Part shown: piece by piece, positions 26,530-39,985 of the stretch | How the letters are laid out: each line of letters begins with the position of its first letter | How positions within the stretch are numbered: the first letter of the stretch is position 1 | From: Octopus vulgaris | Taxonomy: Eukaryota | NCBI GenBank assembly: GCA_951406725.2 | Contig: OX597827.1 | Location: 33,108,001 to 33,172,000 of the forward strand | Length of the DNA: 64,000 bases | Direction of reading: 5' to 3' | Made by a program: the position numbers and the translations under genes | Notes under the pieces: generated by a model | What the model saw: only the letters and a program-made list of their open reading frames with translations | What the model was told of the DNA's origin: nothing | Databases searched by the model: none

Positions 26530-26571
26530 ATAATATTTGTACAATTAAATGTGGACTGACAATATTCAGAA
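26530..26571 (+). other. Candidate 42-nt downstream exon (3' UTR or alternative coding) of the pacifastin gene
   Basis: Acceptor cttcttcctgtgttccag and donor GAA|gtgagt in non-repetitive sequence. No transcript evidence. Confidence 0.4.
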
Positions 26572-26696
26572 GTGAGTCAAACAGAGAGGAAGGAAGGTGT
26601 GTGCAAATGTATGTGTGAGTGTGTACATGTGTGTGTGTGTGTATGTATGTGTGTGTGTGTATGTGTGTGCGTGTGCGTAATATATTATATATGTTA

Positions 26697-27385
26697 AGGC
26701 AGTGAGCTGGCAGAAACTTTAGTATGGAGGGCGAAATACTTAGTGGTATTTCTGTCATTACGTTCTCAGTTCAAATTCCGCTGAGGTCAACTTTGTCATT
26801 CATCCTTTCGGAGTCGATAAATTAAGCACCAGTTGCATACTGGGGTCGATCTAATCGACTGGGCCCTCCTCCCTCTCCCAAAATGTCAAGCCTTGTGCCC
26901 AGAGTAGAAAAGAATATTTAAATCAGCAAGCTGGCATAAATGTTAGCATGGAGGGCGAAATGCTTAGCGGTATTCATCTGTCTTTATGTTCCGAGTTCAA
27001 ATTCCATCGAGATTGACTTTGCCTTTCATCCTTTTAGGGACAATAAATTAAGTACCAGTTGTGTAGTGGAGTCGATCTAATTGACTGGCCCCCTCCCCAA
27101 AAATTTCGGGCCTTGTGCCTAGAATAGAAAAGAATAATTTATATATGTTATATACGCATTTTATATATCTGTATATATTTTATATATACTTATAAGGCAG
27201 AATTGTCAGAATGCCTGACAAGATGCTTAGCAGCAGTTCATTGAACTTTACATTTTGAGTTCCAATTCCGCCGAGGTCACCTTTTGTCTTTCATCCTCCC
27301 AGGGTTGATGAAATAGCATCAGTTCAGTACTGTAATTTATGTAATCGGCTATCTCCCTCCTGATGAATTTCAAGCTTTGTGACTA
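26697..27385 (+). mobile_element. Three tandem copies of SINE family A
   Basis: Repeated GGCAGAA...GTTCAAATTCC...CATCCTTT...AGTAGAAAAGAAT units starting at about 26697, 26925 and 27195. Confidence 0.85.
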
Positions 27386-27409
27386 TACTTCATGCCTATA
27401 TTTCAGACT

Positions 27410-27950
27410 CTGTGGCTGTGTGGTAAGAAGCTCGCTTCCCAGTCACATGGTTTGGAGGTTCAGTCCCACTGTGTGACACCTTGGGTTAATTGTCTTCTAC
27501 TATAGCTTCAGGCAGATCAAAGCCTTGTGAGTGGATTTGGTAGACGAAAACTGAAAGAAGCCCATCGTGTGGCTATGTTGTATGTAGCTTACTTACCAAC
27601 TACATGGTTCTGAGTTCAGTCTCACTGTGTGGCACCTTGGGCAGATGTCTTCTATTATAGCCTCAGGCTGACTAAAGCCTTGTGAGTGGATTTGGTAGGA
27701 GGAAATTGAAAGAAGCCCATTGTATGTGTGTGTGTGTGTTTGTGTATCTGTGTTTGTCCCCCAAATATCGCTTGACAACTGATGTTGGTGTATTTATGTC
27801 CCTGTAACTTAGTGGTTCAGCAAAAGAGACTGATAGAATAAGTACTAGGCTTACAAAGAATAATTCCTGGGGTCAATTTGCTCGACTAAAGGCAGTGCCC
27901 CAGCATGGCCGCAGTCAAAATGACTGTAACAAGTTAAAGAATAAATGAAT
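27410..27950 (+). mobile_element. Two consecutive SINE family B copies
   Basis: Heads at about 27410 and 27575. The second copy has the full body and tail. Confidence 0.8.
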
Positions 27951-28461
27951 AAAAGAATGTGTGTGTATGTGTGTGTGTGTGCATGTGTATGTGTTTATGT
28001 GTGTGTGTCTTTGTGTCTGTGTTTGTCCCTCCCCTGCCACCATCTCTTGACCATTGATGTTGGAGTGTTTACATCCCTGTAAAAAAGAGACCAATAGCAT
28101 AAGCTTACAAAGAATAAGTCCTGGAATTGATTTCTTTGACCAAGAAATCCCTTAAGGCAGTGCTGCAGCATGGCCACAGTCAAAAATAACTGAAACAAAT
28201 AAAAGAATAAAAGAATATGATGTATTGTGTATAAGGTACTTATAACGTACGATATATACTAATGTTGTTTGGCTTTTATGTTGAGTAATGTATAAAAGGA
28301 ATTCAACATGAATCTCAAGAATTATTCAATGGTCTTTTGAGGAATACACATTTACTAGGTTTTACAAGGAAACAGTTCATGGTGAGAGCTGATATAGATG
28401 AGCAAGTCGAAACTTCGAAGTCACTGTCAGACACTTTTCCTTGTAAAAAGTTTAATGAATA

Positions 28462-28526
28462 TGTCTGTCAGTCTGTCTGCCGATCTATCTATCGGTCTAT
28501 CTATCTATCTATCTATCTGTCTGTCC

Positions 28527-28566
<40 letters not shown>

Positions 28567-28679
28567 GTCTGTCTATCTATCTATCTATCTATCTATCTAC
28601 CTGTCTATCTATCTATCTATCTGTCTGTCTATCTATCTATCTGTCTGTCTATCTATCTATCTATTTGTCTGTCTATCTT

Positions 28680-28730
<51 letters not shown>

Positions 28731-28812
28731 ATCTATCTATCTTTCTATCTATTTATGAGTATATCTATCTATCAATCAATCTATTTATCTGTCTGGTTGT
28801 CTGTCTATCTTT
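28462..28812. repeat. (TCTA)n/(TCTG)n tetranucleotide microsatellite
   Basis: Directly visible. Confidence 0.95.
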
Positions 28813-28991
28813 CTATATAGTATATGTTTTTATATATATATATATATATATGTTAATATGTATATATAGATGTATACCTATATATATCCATATACACACA
28901 TCTACATATATGTACATAATTATGTGTGTGTGCTTGTGCATGTGCGTACACATACTGATAAATAGATAGATGGCTCTAATTACATAGGAAT

Positions 28992-29031
<40 letters not shown>

Positions 29032-29476
29032 AGAGAGAATGATTATAGATGGAACTGATGTGGAAGAAGGCATGGAAATAGAGTAAAAGAGAGACAGGCT
29101 GATACTTCAGTGAACAATAGATATTACATAAAACAACAGAAACCTGTTCTCCCTACTTAAACGGCGGGGGGGGGGATATAAGTGCATGCACGTGTGTATG
29201 GTGGTGGCGGTGGCGGCGGTGGTGGTGGTGGCGGTGGTAGTGGTGGTGGTGGGGGGGCTGTATGGAAAGAGACCTGGGTTGAAGGACTTTGGGAAGTGAT
29301 GGACAAAATGAGTTCATTTAAAAATGAGGTCTGTTTAGAGGACAGTTAATGAGAGTGGAAGGATGGTGTGTGTTAAATGGAATGTTTCAAGTGTGTGAGC
29401 ATGGAAGAAGAGACTTCTCCTCTCAGTTTGTGAATGCTGTACACTGACATTCATATATGTATTTATATTCATATAT

Positions 29477-29513
<37 letters not shown>

Positions 29514-29559
29514 CATACACAGCTATATATACATGCACACACACACATATATACACATA

Positions 29560-29591
<32 letters not shown>

Positions 29592-29593
<2 letters not shown>

Positions 29594-29777
29594 AGGGGGT
29601 GTCGAAAAGTTCCTGGCTTTGAGTAAAAGCAAATGCAAGAGAATCAGTTAACTATGATTTTATTCGATATATTCCCCTCTTAGATTCCTAAGCCCTGTAA
29701 AAGAACCCAGAAAGTTGGACCTCGAGCCGGGCCTTTCACGATACACCTAAATTCAGGACCTTTACAGCAACCCTTCA
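29592..29777 (-). mobile_element. Mariner-derived MITE
   Basis: TIRs GAGGGGGTGTCGAAAAGTTCCTG / CAGGACCTTTACAGCAACCCTTC. Same family as 38605-38820. Confidence 0.75.
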
Positions 29778-29797
29778 TGTGTAAATGTGTGTGTGTG

Positions 29798-29845
<48 letters not shown>

Positions 29846-29940
29846 ATATATATATATATCACTATTATTATTTATTATTATTATTAATATTTTTTTGTTT
29901 AAAATATTTTGATTTATGGGCATGTATGTGTATACGTATA

Positions 29941-29984
<44 letters not shown>

Positions 29985-30180
29985 TGTATATGTATGTATA
30001 CATATATTCATACATATATGAACATCATAGTGTAGCATTCATAAACTGAATGCTCTTAAAGTTTGGGGCTTGAATCAAACTGTTTTGAATGATAATATAT
30101 GTAACTATTACTAAATGAGTTGAGAACCTTTTTCTTGTCCTCTCACCATTGTGCATGAACAAATAAAAGAAAAAGGCACT

Positions 30181-30268
<88 letters not shown>

Positions 30269-30633
30269 ATGAGAAAAACATGAGAAAAGCCCCTAGTACA
30301 TACTATGAAGTGGTTAGCATTAGGGAGGGCAACCATTCATAGAGACCATGCCAAAGTAGTGAGACACTGGAGCATGATGCAGTCTTCAGACCCATCAGAT
30401 CCTGTCAAACCAACCAACTCATGCCTGTACTGTTCCTTGATTGACTCAAGCTGCAATTTCTCCAGCTCCAGGACAACTGCATCACTCTTGCCCTTACATG
30501 TTTTGTTTGCTGTGTATACTTTTATCACCATTTCACAGTCTTTTCCATTTCCTTTTTTCTCATCTTTTATCTAAGCCCCAACACAAATTGTTGACTGTCC
30601 TTGTGGTGGTAAAGAAAAGAAATCATTATTATT

Positions 30634-30913
30634 ATTGCAGCATGGAAGGTGTTTATAAGCCATTTAAGAACACCCAAAAACCGTTAGGTTCACTTCAAAA
30701 TTTAAATTTAATTTATCAAAGTATTTTCATCGCTTTGAAACCGTGACCTGTTCGCTGACAAAATTCCATGCTGCAGCCCGAAATTTCATCAGTGAATAGG
30801 TCACAGTTTCAAAGTAAAGAAAATATTTTGACACACATTAAATTTAAGTGTTGAAGTGAATCTAAGTTTTTGGGTGTTCTTAAATGGCTTATAAATACTT
30901 TCCAAACTGCAAT
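30634..30913. repeat. Imperfect ~280-bp foldback (inverted repeat with ~130-bp arms)
   Basis: For example, TTTATAAGCCATTTAAGAACACCCAAAAAC pairs with GTTTTTGGGTGTTCTTAAATGGCTTATAAA. Centre at about 30760-30787, flanked by (ATT)n. Confidence 0.85.
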
Positions 30914-30993
30914 TGTTTTTGTTTCAGCACATAATCTCAGATTAGGTCACTTGCTATGCAACTACATCTCCGTAATAATTATTATTATTATTA

Positions 30994-31046
<53 letters not shown>

Positions 31047-31887
31047 CATTATTGTTATTATTGTTGTTAAGGGGGTGAGCAGAATTGTTAGCAAGCTGGG
31101 AAAAATACTTTTTTTTTTATAGAATAAGTACCAGTTGTGTATTGGGTAGATATAGTTGACTTTCCTCCTCTCCTGAAATTGCTGGCCTAGTGCCAACATT
31201 TGAAACCATTATTAAGCTGGCAGAATTGTTTGAAAGTTCTGTACATTAATTTTTTCTAAGATATTTCATTAATATATACTAAAAGACACCTTGTTTCACA
31301 AAACTCCAAGAGTCTTTCATGGAGTCTGGAGTTCCTCAAAACCTACTTTGGGAAACAAAACATTTCCTTTATAAGATCTAGCATTGCATCTAAGAAGATT
31401 TATGATTTTTAAAACTCTTATCTTTTCCAGCTTGAACTAATTAGACTATGACCTCGGAATTCTCTGGAAGATAAATGAAAAACAGACCAGAACTATGAAA
31501 ATCAAATTTCCTTTTATTTGAATTATACTATGAGAATCTTGAAAATAAAATTGCTTTAAATGAATCATGTTTTGAATTGATTTATTAACATTTTCATACC
31601 ATTTTTTAATTTTTATTTATATTTATATCAGCTCAGGTGTTGCTTTGTTGTTGAGAACCATCTGGTTTTGAATTTCTTGGGCTCCACTGCAGAGCACCTT
31701 AGGTGAATGATTTCTGCTATAGCTATAGGCTGACCAAACCCACACGAATGGATTTGGTAGACAGAATTTGAAAGAAGCTTGGCATACATGTATGTATGTA
31801 TGTATGTATGTATGTATGTATGTATGTATGTATGTATGTATGTATGTATGCATGCATGTATGTATGTATGTATGTATGTGTGTGTAT

Positions 31888-32112
31888 GTATGCCGTGTAT
31901 GCCATATGGTCTGCAAATCTAACGGAGGTCTCAAAAGACATTTTAAGATCCACAAAGATCAGAACTTAGCTGCAGCTCTTGATGGTCCAAATCAGATATG
32001 CAATTTTTTCAATACATTGTCTGGTTTAAAAGGTCACTTCAAACGCCATGATGGATCTAAAGTATATGTACAAAAGGTGCTCAGACTCTGCATATGGGGT
32101 AGACAGCCACCA
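31888..32112 (+). mobile_element. 3' end of an RTE-type LINE with C-terminal C2H2 zinc finger(s) and (TATG)n tail
   Basis: CRVCHMVCKSNGGLKRHFKIH and a degenerate second finger (LSGLKGHFKRH). The tail CAGACTCTGC...GTAGACA recurs at about 24318-24358. Confidence 0.65.
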
Positions 32113-32661
32113 TGTATGTATGTACATATGTATGTATGTATGTATGAATGTATGTATGTGTATGTATGAGTGTACATGTGTGTATGTATGTATGTATGCA
32201 TGTACGTGTGTCTGTGTGTGCATGAGAGAGAAAGTGTATGTGTGTGTACCTATGCGTGTGTGCGAATTTGTGTTAGTGTTTATCCCCACCACTATCACCA
32301 CTTCACAGCTGGTGTTGGTTCGTTTACATCTCTGTAAACACAAGAAAACTGATAGAATAAATACTAGGTTATACAAAAAAAAAGACAAGTACAAGGTTTG
32401 ATTTGCTTCACTAAACCCTCCAAGGCAGTGCTCCAGCATTGCCACAATCCAAAAGACTGAAACAAACAAAACACAAAAACATAAAAGATGTTATTTTCTC
32501 CCTGGTGTGAACTTTGACATATGTTTTATTTATCTTTTCTTTTTCAACAAAACTTTCAACTTTGACATTTGACTTTTGTTTAAAGTACAAACATTTTTGT
32601 AATTTTGAGATTGTTATAGTTTAAACAATTGTAAGCAAATTAAACATATATTGTGTGTATA

Positions 32662-32699
<38 letters not shown>

Positions 32700-32722
32700 C
32701 TCTCTCTCTCTCTCTCTGTTTG

Positions 32723-32772
<50 letters not shown>

Positions 32773-32784
32773 AAAAAAAAAAAT

Positions 32785-32827
32785 ATATATATATATACAC
32801 ATACATATATATACATATATGTATGTA

Positions 32828-32858
<31 letters not shown>

Positions 32859-33026
32859 GTATGTATGTATATATATAAGTGTGTATATATATGTGTGTAT
32901 ATATATATGCATACATACATACACACACATATAAGCATATATACACATGCACACACACATTTATTTGTACATATATGCATACATACATATACACACAATT
33001 GTACATATGTATATATGTATGTATAA

Positions 33027-33068
<42 letters not shown>

Positions 33069-33090
33069 ATATATACACATACATATATAC

Positions 33091-33123
<33 letters not shown>

Positions 33124-33351
33124 TGTATGTATGTATGTGTGTGTGTGTGTATGTATGTTTGTATGTGTGTGTATGTATGTATGTATGTATGTATGTATGT
33201 ATGTATGTATGTATGTATGTATGTATGTATGTATGTATGTATGTATGTATGTATGTATGTATGTATGTGTGTGTATGTATGTATGTATGTATGTAATTAT
33301 GTATGAATGTATGTATGTGTGTATGTATGTATGTATGTATGTATGTATGTA
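32785..33351. repeat. Compound (TA)/(TG)/(TATG)n microsatellite
   Basis: Directly visible. Confidence 0.9.
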
Positions 33352-33678
33352 GGGTACACTGAAAACTAAATACGAATTTGTGTATAAAACTTCTCTGACA
33401 TTAATCGTTGATTCTCAGAAAGTCACAGATGTAGAACATTTGAGAAAATTCTGGAAAAAAAAATGGAACTGTAGTCATGTGATTGGAGTTCATGTGACTG
33501 AAATCTCTTAAATGTGACTGGTTGATGACAATAACAGATGGATGGTTCATTTAAATATAAGGCGCCACTATGCCAGAACTCCCACCTATGTCCCTTTCCT
33601 TATTCCCTCTTCCCCTTTTTTTACCGCTTGAAGGAAAGGGTCTATGCAGAGATGGAGGGAGTGATTCATTGAACTAGA

Positions 33679-33800
<122 letters not shown>

Positions 33801-34159
33801 ATGCATGTGTGTGACTTATAGGCATCGGTGGGTCTTGAAAGACCATAGATATGCACTGGAAAGTTTTGTGTCAGCTAGTGATAGTGGTGCAGCCTCTGTT
33901 GCTGATACACAAGCCCACACGGGTGTGGCAATCTTGCATATGTATAAATATATGGCGGTGCCCCAGCATGGCCACAGCTCGTGAGCTGAAACTAGAATCA
34001 ATCAATCATATATATATATATATATATTGAAACACTCCTGTCACAACCTGGGACCTTGAAGACTGCTATAATGCAAGAAAGTATACAAGTCCCTTAATAT
34101 TTGATATTCAATATTTCATCTATCCAATAATTCAATCAATATATAGTAAAATTTCATTT

Positions 34160-34195
<36 letters not shown>

Positions 34196-34304
34196 TATAT
34201 TATATATTCTATATTCTACATTAATATCATAAAGAATATAAATAAAACATAAAAACAGAGTTGTAATTTCTTTGAATAATCTCTACACACAATCATACAA
34301 ACCC

Positions 34305-34373
<69 letters not shown>

Positions 34374-34398
34374 TATATATATATACAGCTAGATAGAT

Positions 34399-34449
<51 letters not shown>

Positions 34450-34489
34450 AGAAAAAATATACATATATATCTATAGAAGATATATATTT

Positions 34490-35129
34490 CATCCTTTGTA
34501 CGGCCACACCTTGAATACTGCTGCCCACTGTGGTCTCCTCACACAAGACAAAACATCTCCAGAATTGAGTCACCCCAGAGGGCTCTCACTAAACAAATTG
34601 AAGGCATGGCTGCTATTGGGATCGCCTTAAAGCCTTGAAACTTTACTCCCTCCAGCGTCGCCGTGTTGTACGATGTGGAAAATATACCGCCAACTTTGCC
34701 CAAACGACCTAAACATTAGCTTCAAGGTTCATCCGAGACTTGGACCACGGGCTATACGTCCCCTGCCAAATTCAAGATCACAACATACATGTACACTGCA
34801 ACATAATTTATTTTCCTCAACAGGCCCTGCCCTATTTAACATTGTCCCGAGGGAGATCAAAGAGGAAAAGGATCCCATCAACTTCAAACAGAGTCTGGAT
34901 AGATTCCTTCAAAGAATACCAGATAAGCCACCCATAATTGGATACAACTCACCCAACAAGAACTCACTACTTGAACAGAACTGGATACAACTCACCCAAC
35001 AAGAACTCACTACTTGAACAAAACTTGACTTAAACAGGATTCGAATAATCCTATCAGGTGGTGCTATTAAGTTAGACATGGCCTGGACCAATCTCTGGTC
35101 GAAACATATCTAAGTTTTATCTAAGTTTT
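34490..35129 (+). mobile_element. 5'-truncated CR1-group LINE 3' end
   Basis: FVRPHLEYCCPLWSPH...IESPQR...WDRLKALKLYSLQRRR...FKQSLDRFLQRIPDKP with frameshifts. Tandem ATCTAAGTTTT tail and an internal ~40-bp tandem duplication at about 34940-35020. Confidence 0.88.
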
Positions 35130-35147
35130 ATATATATATATATATAT

Positions 35148-35402
35148 ATACAAATAAGAAAATGGAGAAATACATCGAAATCAAATATCAATTACCAGAT
35201 AATACTCAATCACATACTTTATTAAACCTTCACATAAGAAACTATAAGGTTAAACATAATGACGTAGAACAAAACAGTGTTCTACATCATTATGTTTAAC
35301 CTTATAGTTTCTTATGTGGTGGTTTAATAAAGTATGTGATTGAGTATTATCTGGTAATTGATATTTGATTTCGATGTATTTCTCCATTTTCTTATTTTGT
35401 AT
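35148..35402. repeat. Near-perfect palindrome, ~124-bp arms with 6-nt loop
   Basis: Left arm 35148-35271, loop AAACAG, right arm 35278-35402, with only a few mismatches or indels. Confidence 0.92.
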
Positions 35403-37119
35403 TATGAATTTGTGGTAAATCACTTTACATTTACCCATATAATACAGTAAATGAAATAATTGCATCGCAATTCTTAACATTTATGTATTAACTTTGTTAT
35501 TTAACAATCTGCCGTTAACACAAAGTTAGGGGAAAATTGGCAGGAATTAATTGATAAATTAGCCCATTGTGCCAGTTCTTCTCTCTGGAGTTATCTGTTA
35601 TAGATAACTTAATGTTAGTATAATTAAAAAAAACAACAGTGTATTAACAATAATGTAATTAAATGCAATAGCTAGCTTAAAAGAAAAAAAAATAATGAAG
35701 TGTAATTAATTCTGATAATTAGAAATAACAATACAGTGAAACCAAAAGCTAGAGAGATAGAGGAGTTTGTGTTAATATATCAATATTTATTTGGGGTGCA
35801 TTTCAAAGGTAACTGAACATATTCACGTACCAAAATCGAAAAAACCCCAATACGACCATCATCATCATTTTCATCATCTTCATCATTGTCGTCGTCGTTG
35901 TCATTACTGTCGTCATCATCACCATCATTATCAGTGGCAGCTGTAGCAGCATCATCATCATTATCACCTCCACCACCACCACCAGCAGCGTCGCCACCAC
36001 CATCACCACCACCATCACCACCACCACCATCATCATCCTTTAACTTCCACTATTTCATGCCTGCATGGGTTGTTTGGAATTAGTTGAGGCAGATTTTCTA
36101 CAGCTTAATGCCCTTCCTGTCACCAACCCTCGCCCGATCCAAGCAAGGTTCCATTTTTTCCCCCCACAGTCAAACATGTTTTCACAGAAGATCAGAAACA
36201 AAGGACACCACTTGCAAGACGGTGACATTCGTTTACGACTACGACATGAAGTGAAGGTAAGGAGAGAGTTGCTTGAACAGGTGCACAAGTCTACCACATG
36301 CCAGGTGTCAAAGTGATCACAGAGCAATGAGAAATGAAGTGTTTTGCTCCAGAACACAACGCACTGGTCTAGGAATTGAAACCATGATCTCACAATTGTG
36401 AGTGCAGCACCCTAACCACTAGACCATGTGTTCTCACACATTTGCGGGTGCGCGCACGCACACACACATACATACATACACATACTTATGCAAACTACAT
36501 GATAGGCCTCTTTCAGTCTCCTTGTAAAAAATCCACTCTCAAGGTATTGGTGTGCTTGAGGCTATAAAAGAAGAAATTTGCCCAAGGTGCCATGCAGTTG
36601 GTCTCACCCAGAAACCATGAGGCTGGGAAGCAAACTTCATATCACATAGACATATTTGTACCTCTGTGACCTGTAATGAGTTGTAGAAAACAGGATTTTC
36701 TTTTAGAGAGTCAGAAATTTAAAGACACCATTCATGGGGAAAAAAACAGTAGTTAAGTTATTTTTAAAATAATGAAGACCATGGGAAACTTTCCAAGGTT
36801 GCTTTCGGTATGGAGAACGCTGGGTGTCAAACCTGAAGAAGTGAAGAGAAAATAGTTTAAAGTTAATTGTAACCCTAAAGAATAAAAACCTTTAGTGTTA
36901 ATGAAAATTATTCTCTGAAGGAGCAAGGGAATGAAATCCTGAAATTTCACTTTTGAAAACTAAATAGAAGTATGTGGTGGAAGAGGGGTGGGTAAGTTTG
37001 ATCTCTGGAAGTCATGGTGACTTTCCAAACAGTTTTCAAAATAACTTGGAACTCTTCAGCAAAGCCTACTTCACTCAATGGGTACCAACATCTAAGAATG
37101 TCTAATGTCATTAATTTTG

Positions 37120-37253
37120 TGTTGGCTGCGGAGGTTGACTTTGACTTTCATCCTTTTGGGGTTGATAAATTAAGTACCAGTGAAATACAGGGGTTAATAA
37201 AATCAACTAGTTCCCCCCAACAAATTTCAGGCCTTGTGCCTTTAGTAGAGAGG

Positions 37254-37321
<68 letters not shown>

Positions 37322-37995
37322 AATGGTGAGCTGGCAGAATTGTTAGCATGCCAGGCAAAATACTTAGTGGTATTTCATCTATCACTACATTCTGAGTTCT
37401 CATTCCACCAAGGTATACTTTGCCTTTCGTCCTTTCTGGGTCTATAAATTAAATACCAGTGAAACACTGGAGTCGATGTAATCGACTTATCCCCTCCCCC
37501 AAAATGGCTGCCCTTGTGGCAAAATTTGAAACCACTATCATCATCATCATTATTAGTATTATTAATATCAAAGTGGCAAGCTGGCAGAATTGTTCTGAGT
37601 TCAAATTCCGCCAAGGTTGACTTTGCCTTTCATCCTTTCAGGGTTGATAAATTAAGTACTAGTTGCGTACTGGGATCGATCTAATCAACTGCCCCCACCA
37701 AAAAAAAAAAATTTAAGTCCTTGTGCTTAGAGTAGAAAAGATTTTTATTATTATTATTATTATTAATATCAAGGTGACAAGCTAGCAGAATTGGTAGCAC
37801 GCTGGGTGAAATGCTTAGTGGTATTTCATCTGTCTTCACGTTCTGAGTTCAAAATCCACTGAGGTTGACTTTGATTTTCATCCTTTTGGGGTTGATAAAT
37901 TGAGTACCAGTTGAGTATTAGGGGGCAGGTGTCAATGTAATTCACTAGTCTTTTCCCGTCAAATTTCAGACCTTCTTCTTACAACAGGAAAGGTT
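37120..37995 (+). mobile_element. Cluster of four SINE family A copies separated by (ATT)n
   Basis: Repeated family A motifs with heavy CpG to TpG/CpA decay. Confidence 0.85.
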
Positions 37996-38001
37996 ATTAG
38001 T

Positions 38002-38036
<35 letters not shown>

Positions 38037-38162
38037 CTGAAGGCATGTGTGTGTATGTGTGTGTGTGTCTGAAGGCATGTGTGTGTGTGTGTGCACACAT
38101 GTGCATGTGTGTCTGAAGGCATGTGCATGTGTATGTGAGTGCATGTATGTGTCTGAATGCAT

Positions 38163-38200
<38 letters not shown>

Positions 38201-38604
38201 CTGAAGACATGAGTGTGAGTGTGTGTGAATAGAACAAACATACAGTGATAAGGGGAAGTTAAGTTAATAATAGGGAACTTTAAAAATGCCAATTAGAAAT
38301 AATTGTCTGAGGAAGAGTAAATATCAACCACTGGTTTATATTAGTTATGTGCTGTTTATTAATCGCAAGGGCAGAAGTATTAACATGCATTTACATTTAT
38401 ACTTCTGCTTTGCGATTACATTGTCTGAGGCTCAATTATATGGTCTGGCATCTTGGGTAATTGTCTTCAATCATAACTTTGGTGTGTGAGTGATAGAGAT
38501 AAGAGAAAATGGCATGAAAGGTTGTCGTGTGTGTGTGTGTGTGTGTGTGTGTCTATATATATTGAGTATGTATTGATAGGAAGGTGTGCGTATATGTGTA
38601 TATA

Positions 38605-38818
38605 CAAGGATGTCCTGAAAAGTTTCTGGCTTTAAAAGTATCATGAAAGGCCTGGCTGGAGGCCCAACCTGCCGAGTTCTTTTACAGGGCTTAAAAAACT
38701 GAAGGACTGCTGTAATAAGTGTGTGAATCTAAGAGGGGAATATATTGGATAAAATCATAATTAATTGATCCTCTTGTATTTCCTTTTACCCAAAGCCAGG
38801 GACTTTTCATCACCCATT

Positions 38819-38860
<42 letters not shown>

Positions 38861-39008
38861 GGGGTGTTGAAAAGTTCCTGTCTTTAAGGGCATCACAATA
38901 AGCCTGGTTGGAGGCCCGACCTTTTGAGTTCTTTTATCGGGCTTAGAAAAACTGAAGGACCACTGCAATAAGTGTGGGAATCTGAGAGGGGAATATATTG
39001 TATAAAAT
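38605..39008 (+). mobile_element. Two mariner-derived MITEs (complete 38605-38820; truncated 38857-39008) retaining transposase C-terminus
   Basis: TIR GAAAAGTT(T/C)CTG / CCAGGGACTTTTC. The remnant EFFYR..LKKLKDCCNKCVNLRGEYIG matches the mariner C-terminal RWxKCVxxxGxYxE motif. Confidence 0.8.
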
Positions 39009-39479
39009 GGCTTCTGCTCCTCAGAACTGGTTGGTCTTGTATCTTTACATATCATCTATCCCCAACCTACAATTTGTTGCAAAGGTGTTGTTGTTGTTGG
39101 TGATGTTTAGCTCCACAGATCTCTAATTAAATTCATTCCCATGTGACCATCACGATTAATGACCAACACCATTCTCGACTGAGAGTCATCCATTGGCTAC
39201 ATTGATGCCCATCAAAGTCTGTTGGAGCAAGTGACCACCACTACAGTGATCATTGGTGATAACTGCACCTTGGCGAGAAGCAGCAAACTGAGATTCCACA
39301 TGATTAAGGTGAGTGGTCCTACTTGTTTACCCCTGTACGGTCTCATAGTCTCTTAGTCTCTCACTTCAAACTTCTTTTCAACTTTCCCTTGCAGAACTTC
39401 TTGGTTATCAGACTCATCAGACATCGCATATCAAGGAACACTTCTTCCAACGAGTCACTTTAAGATGAAAGGGTACAAT

Positions 39480-39985
39480 TTGGGCACTGATACACTTTCA
39501 TACCACCCTCCAAAATTTAAGCAGCTACTGATCCCTAACAAGGCTCAGCTGATGCTCTTGTTGTGGTACTGCATCCAAATTTGGGATGGTGCAGCCACTA
39601 CACATATTGAAATACTAGATCACATCCAAAGAAGGGCCATTCTGCTGACTGGTGCTCCATCATACTCCAGCCTTTAGCCTATGTGGAAGCTGTCTCCTCT
39701 CTGTTTTACCTATAAATACTATAATGGTCTCTGCTCCTGAGAGCTGGCTGGTCTTGTACCTTCACCTCTCATCCATCCCCAACCTACTCCACCTCTTGTC
39801 ACTTCTTGTGATGCAAAGGGTGAAGTGGATTGGGGTGCCTCTTGTCACTTCTTACAACCCTTGGTACTGTTTCCTACACTAAGCATTCTACCCAATCCTT
39901 TATCCCCACAACATGAGCATCTCCTCCTTGCTCATGTCTTTCCTGCAGATGTTGATCTACAACATTTTTAATAGAGCATTAACAG
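39480..39985 (+). mobile_element. Decayed CR1/Jockey-group LINE 3' region
   Basis: KAQLMLLLWYCIQIWDGAATTHIEILDHIQRRAILL matches the conserved LEYCSxIWxxA...LDxIQRRA motif. Confidence 0.75.
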
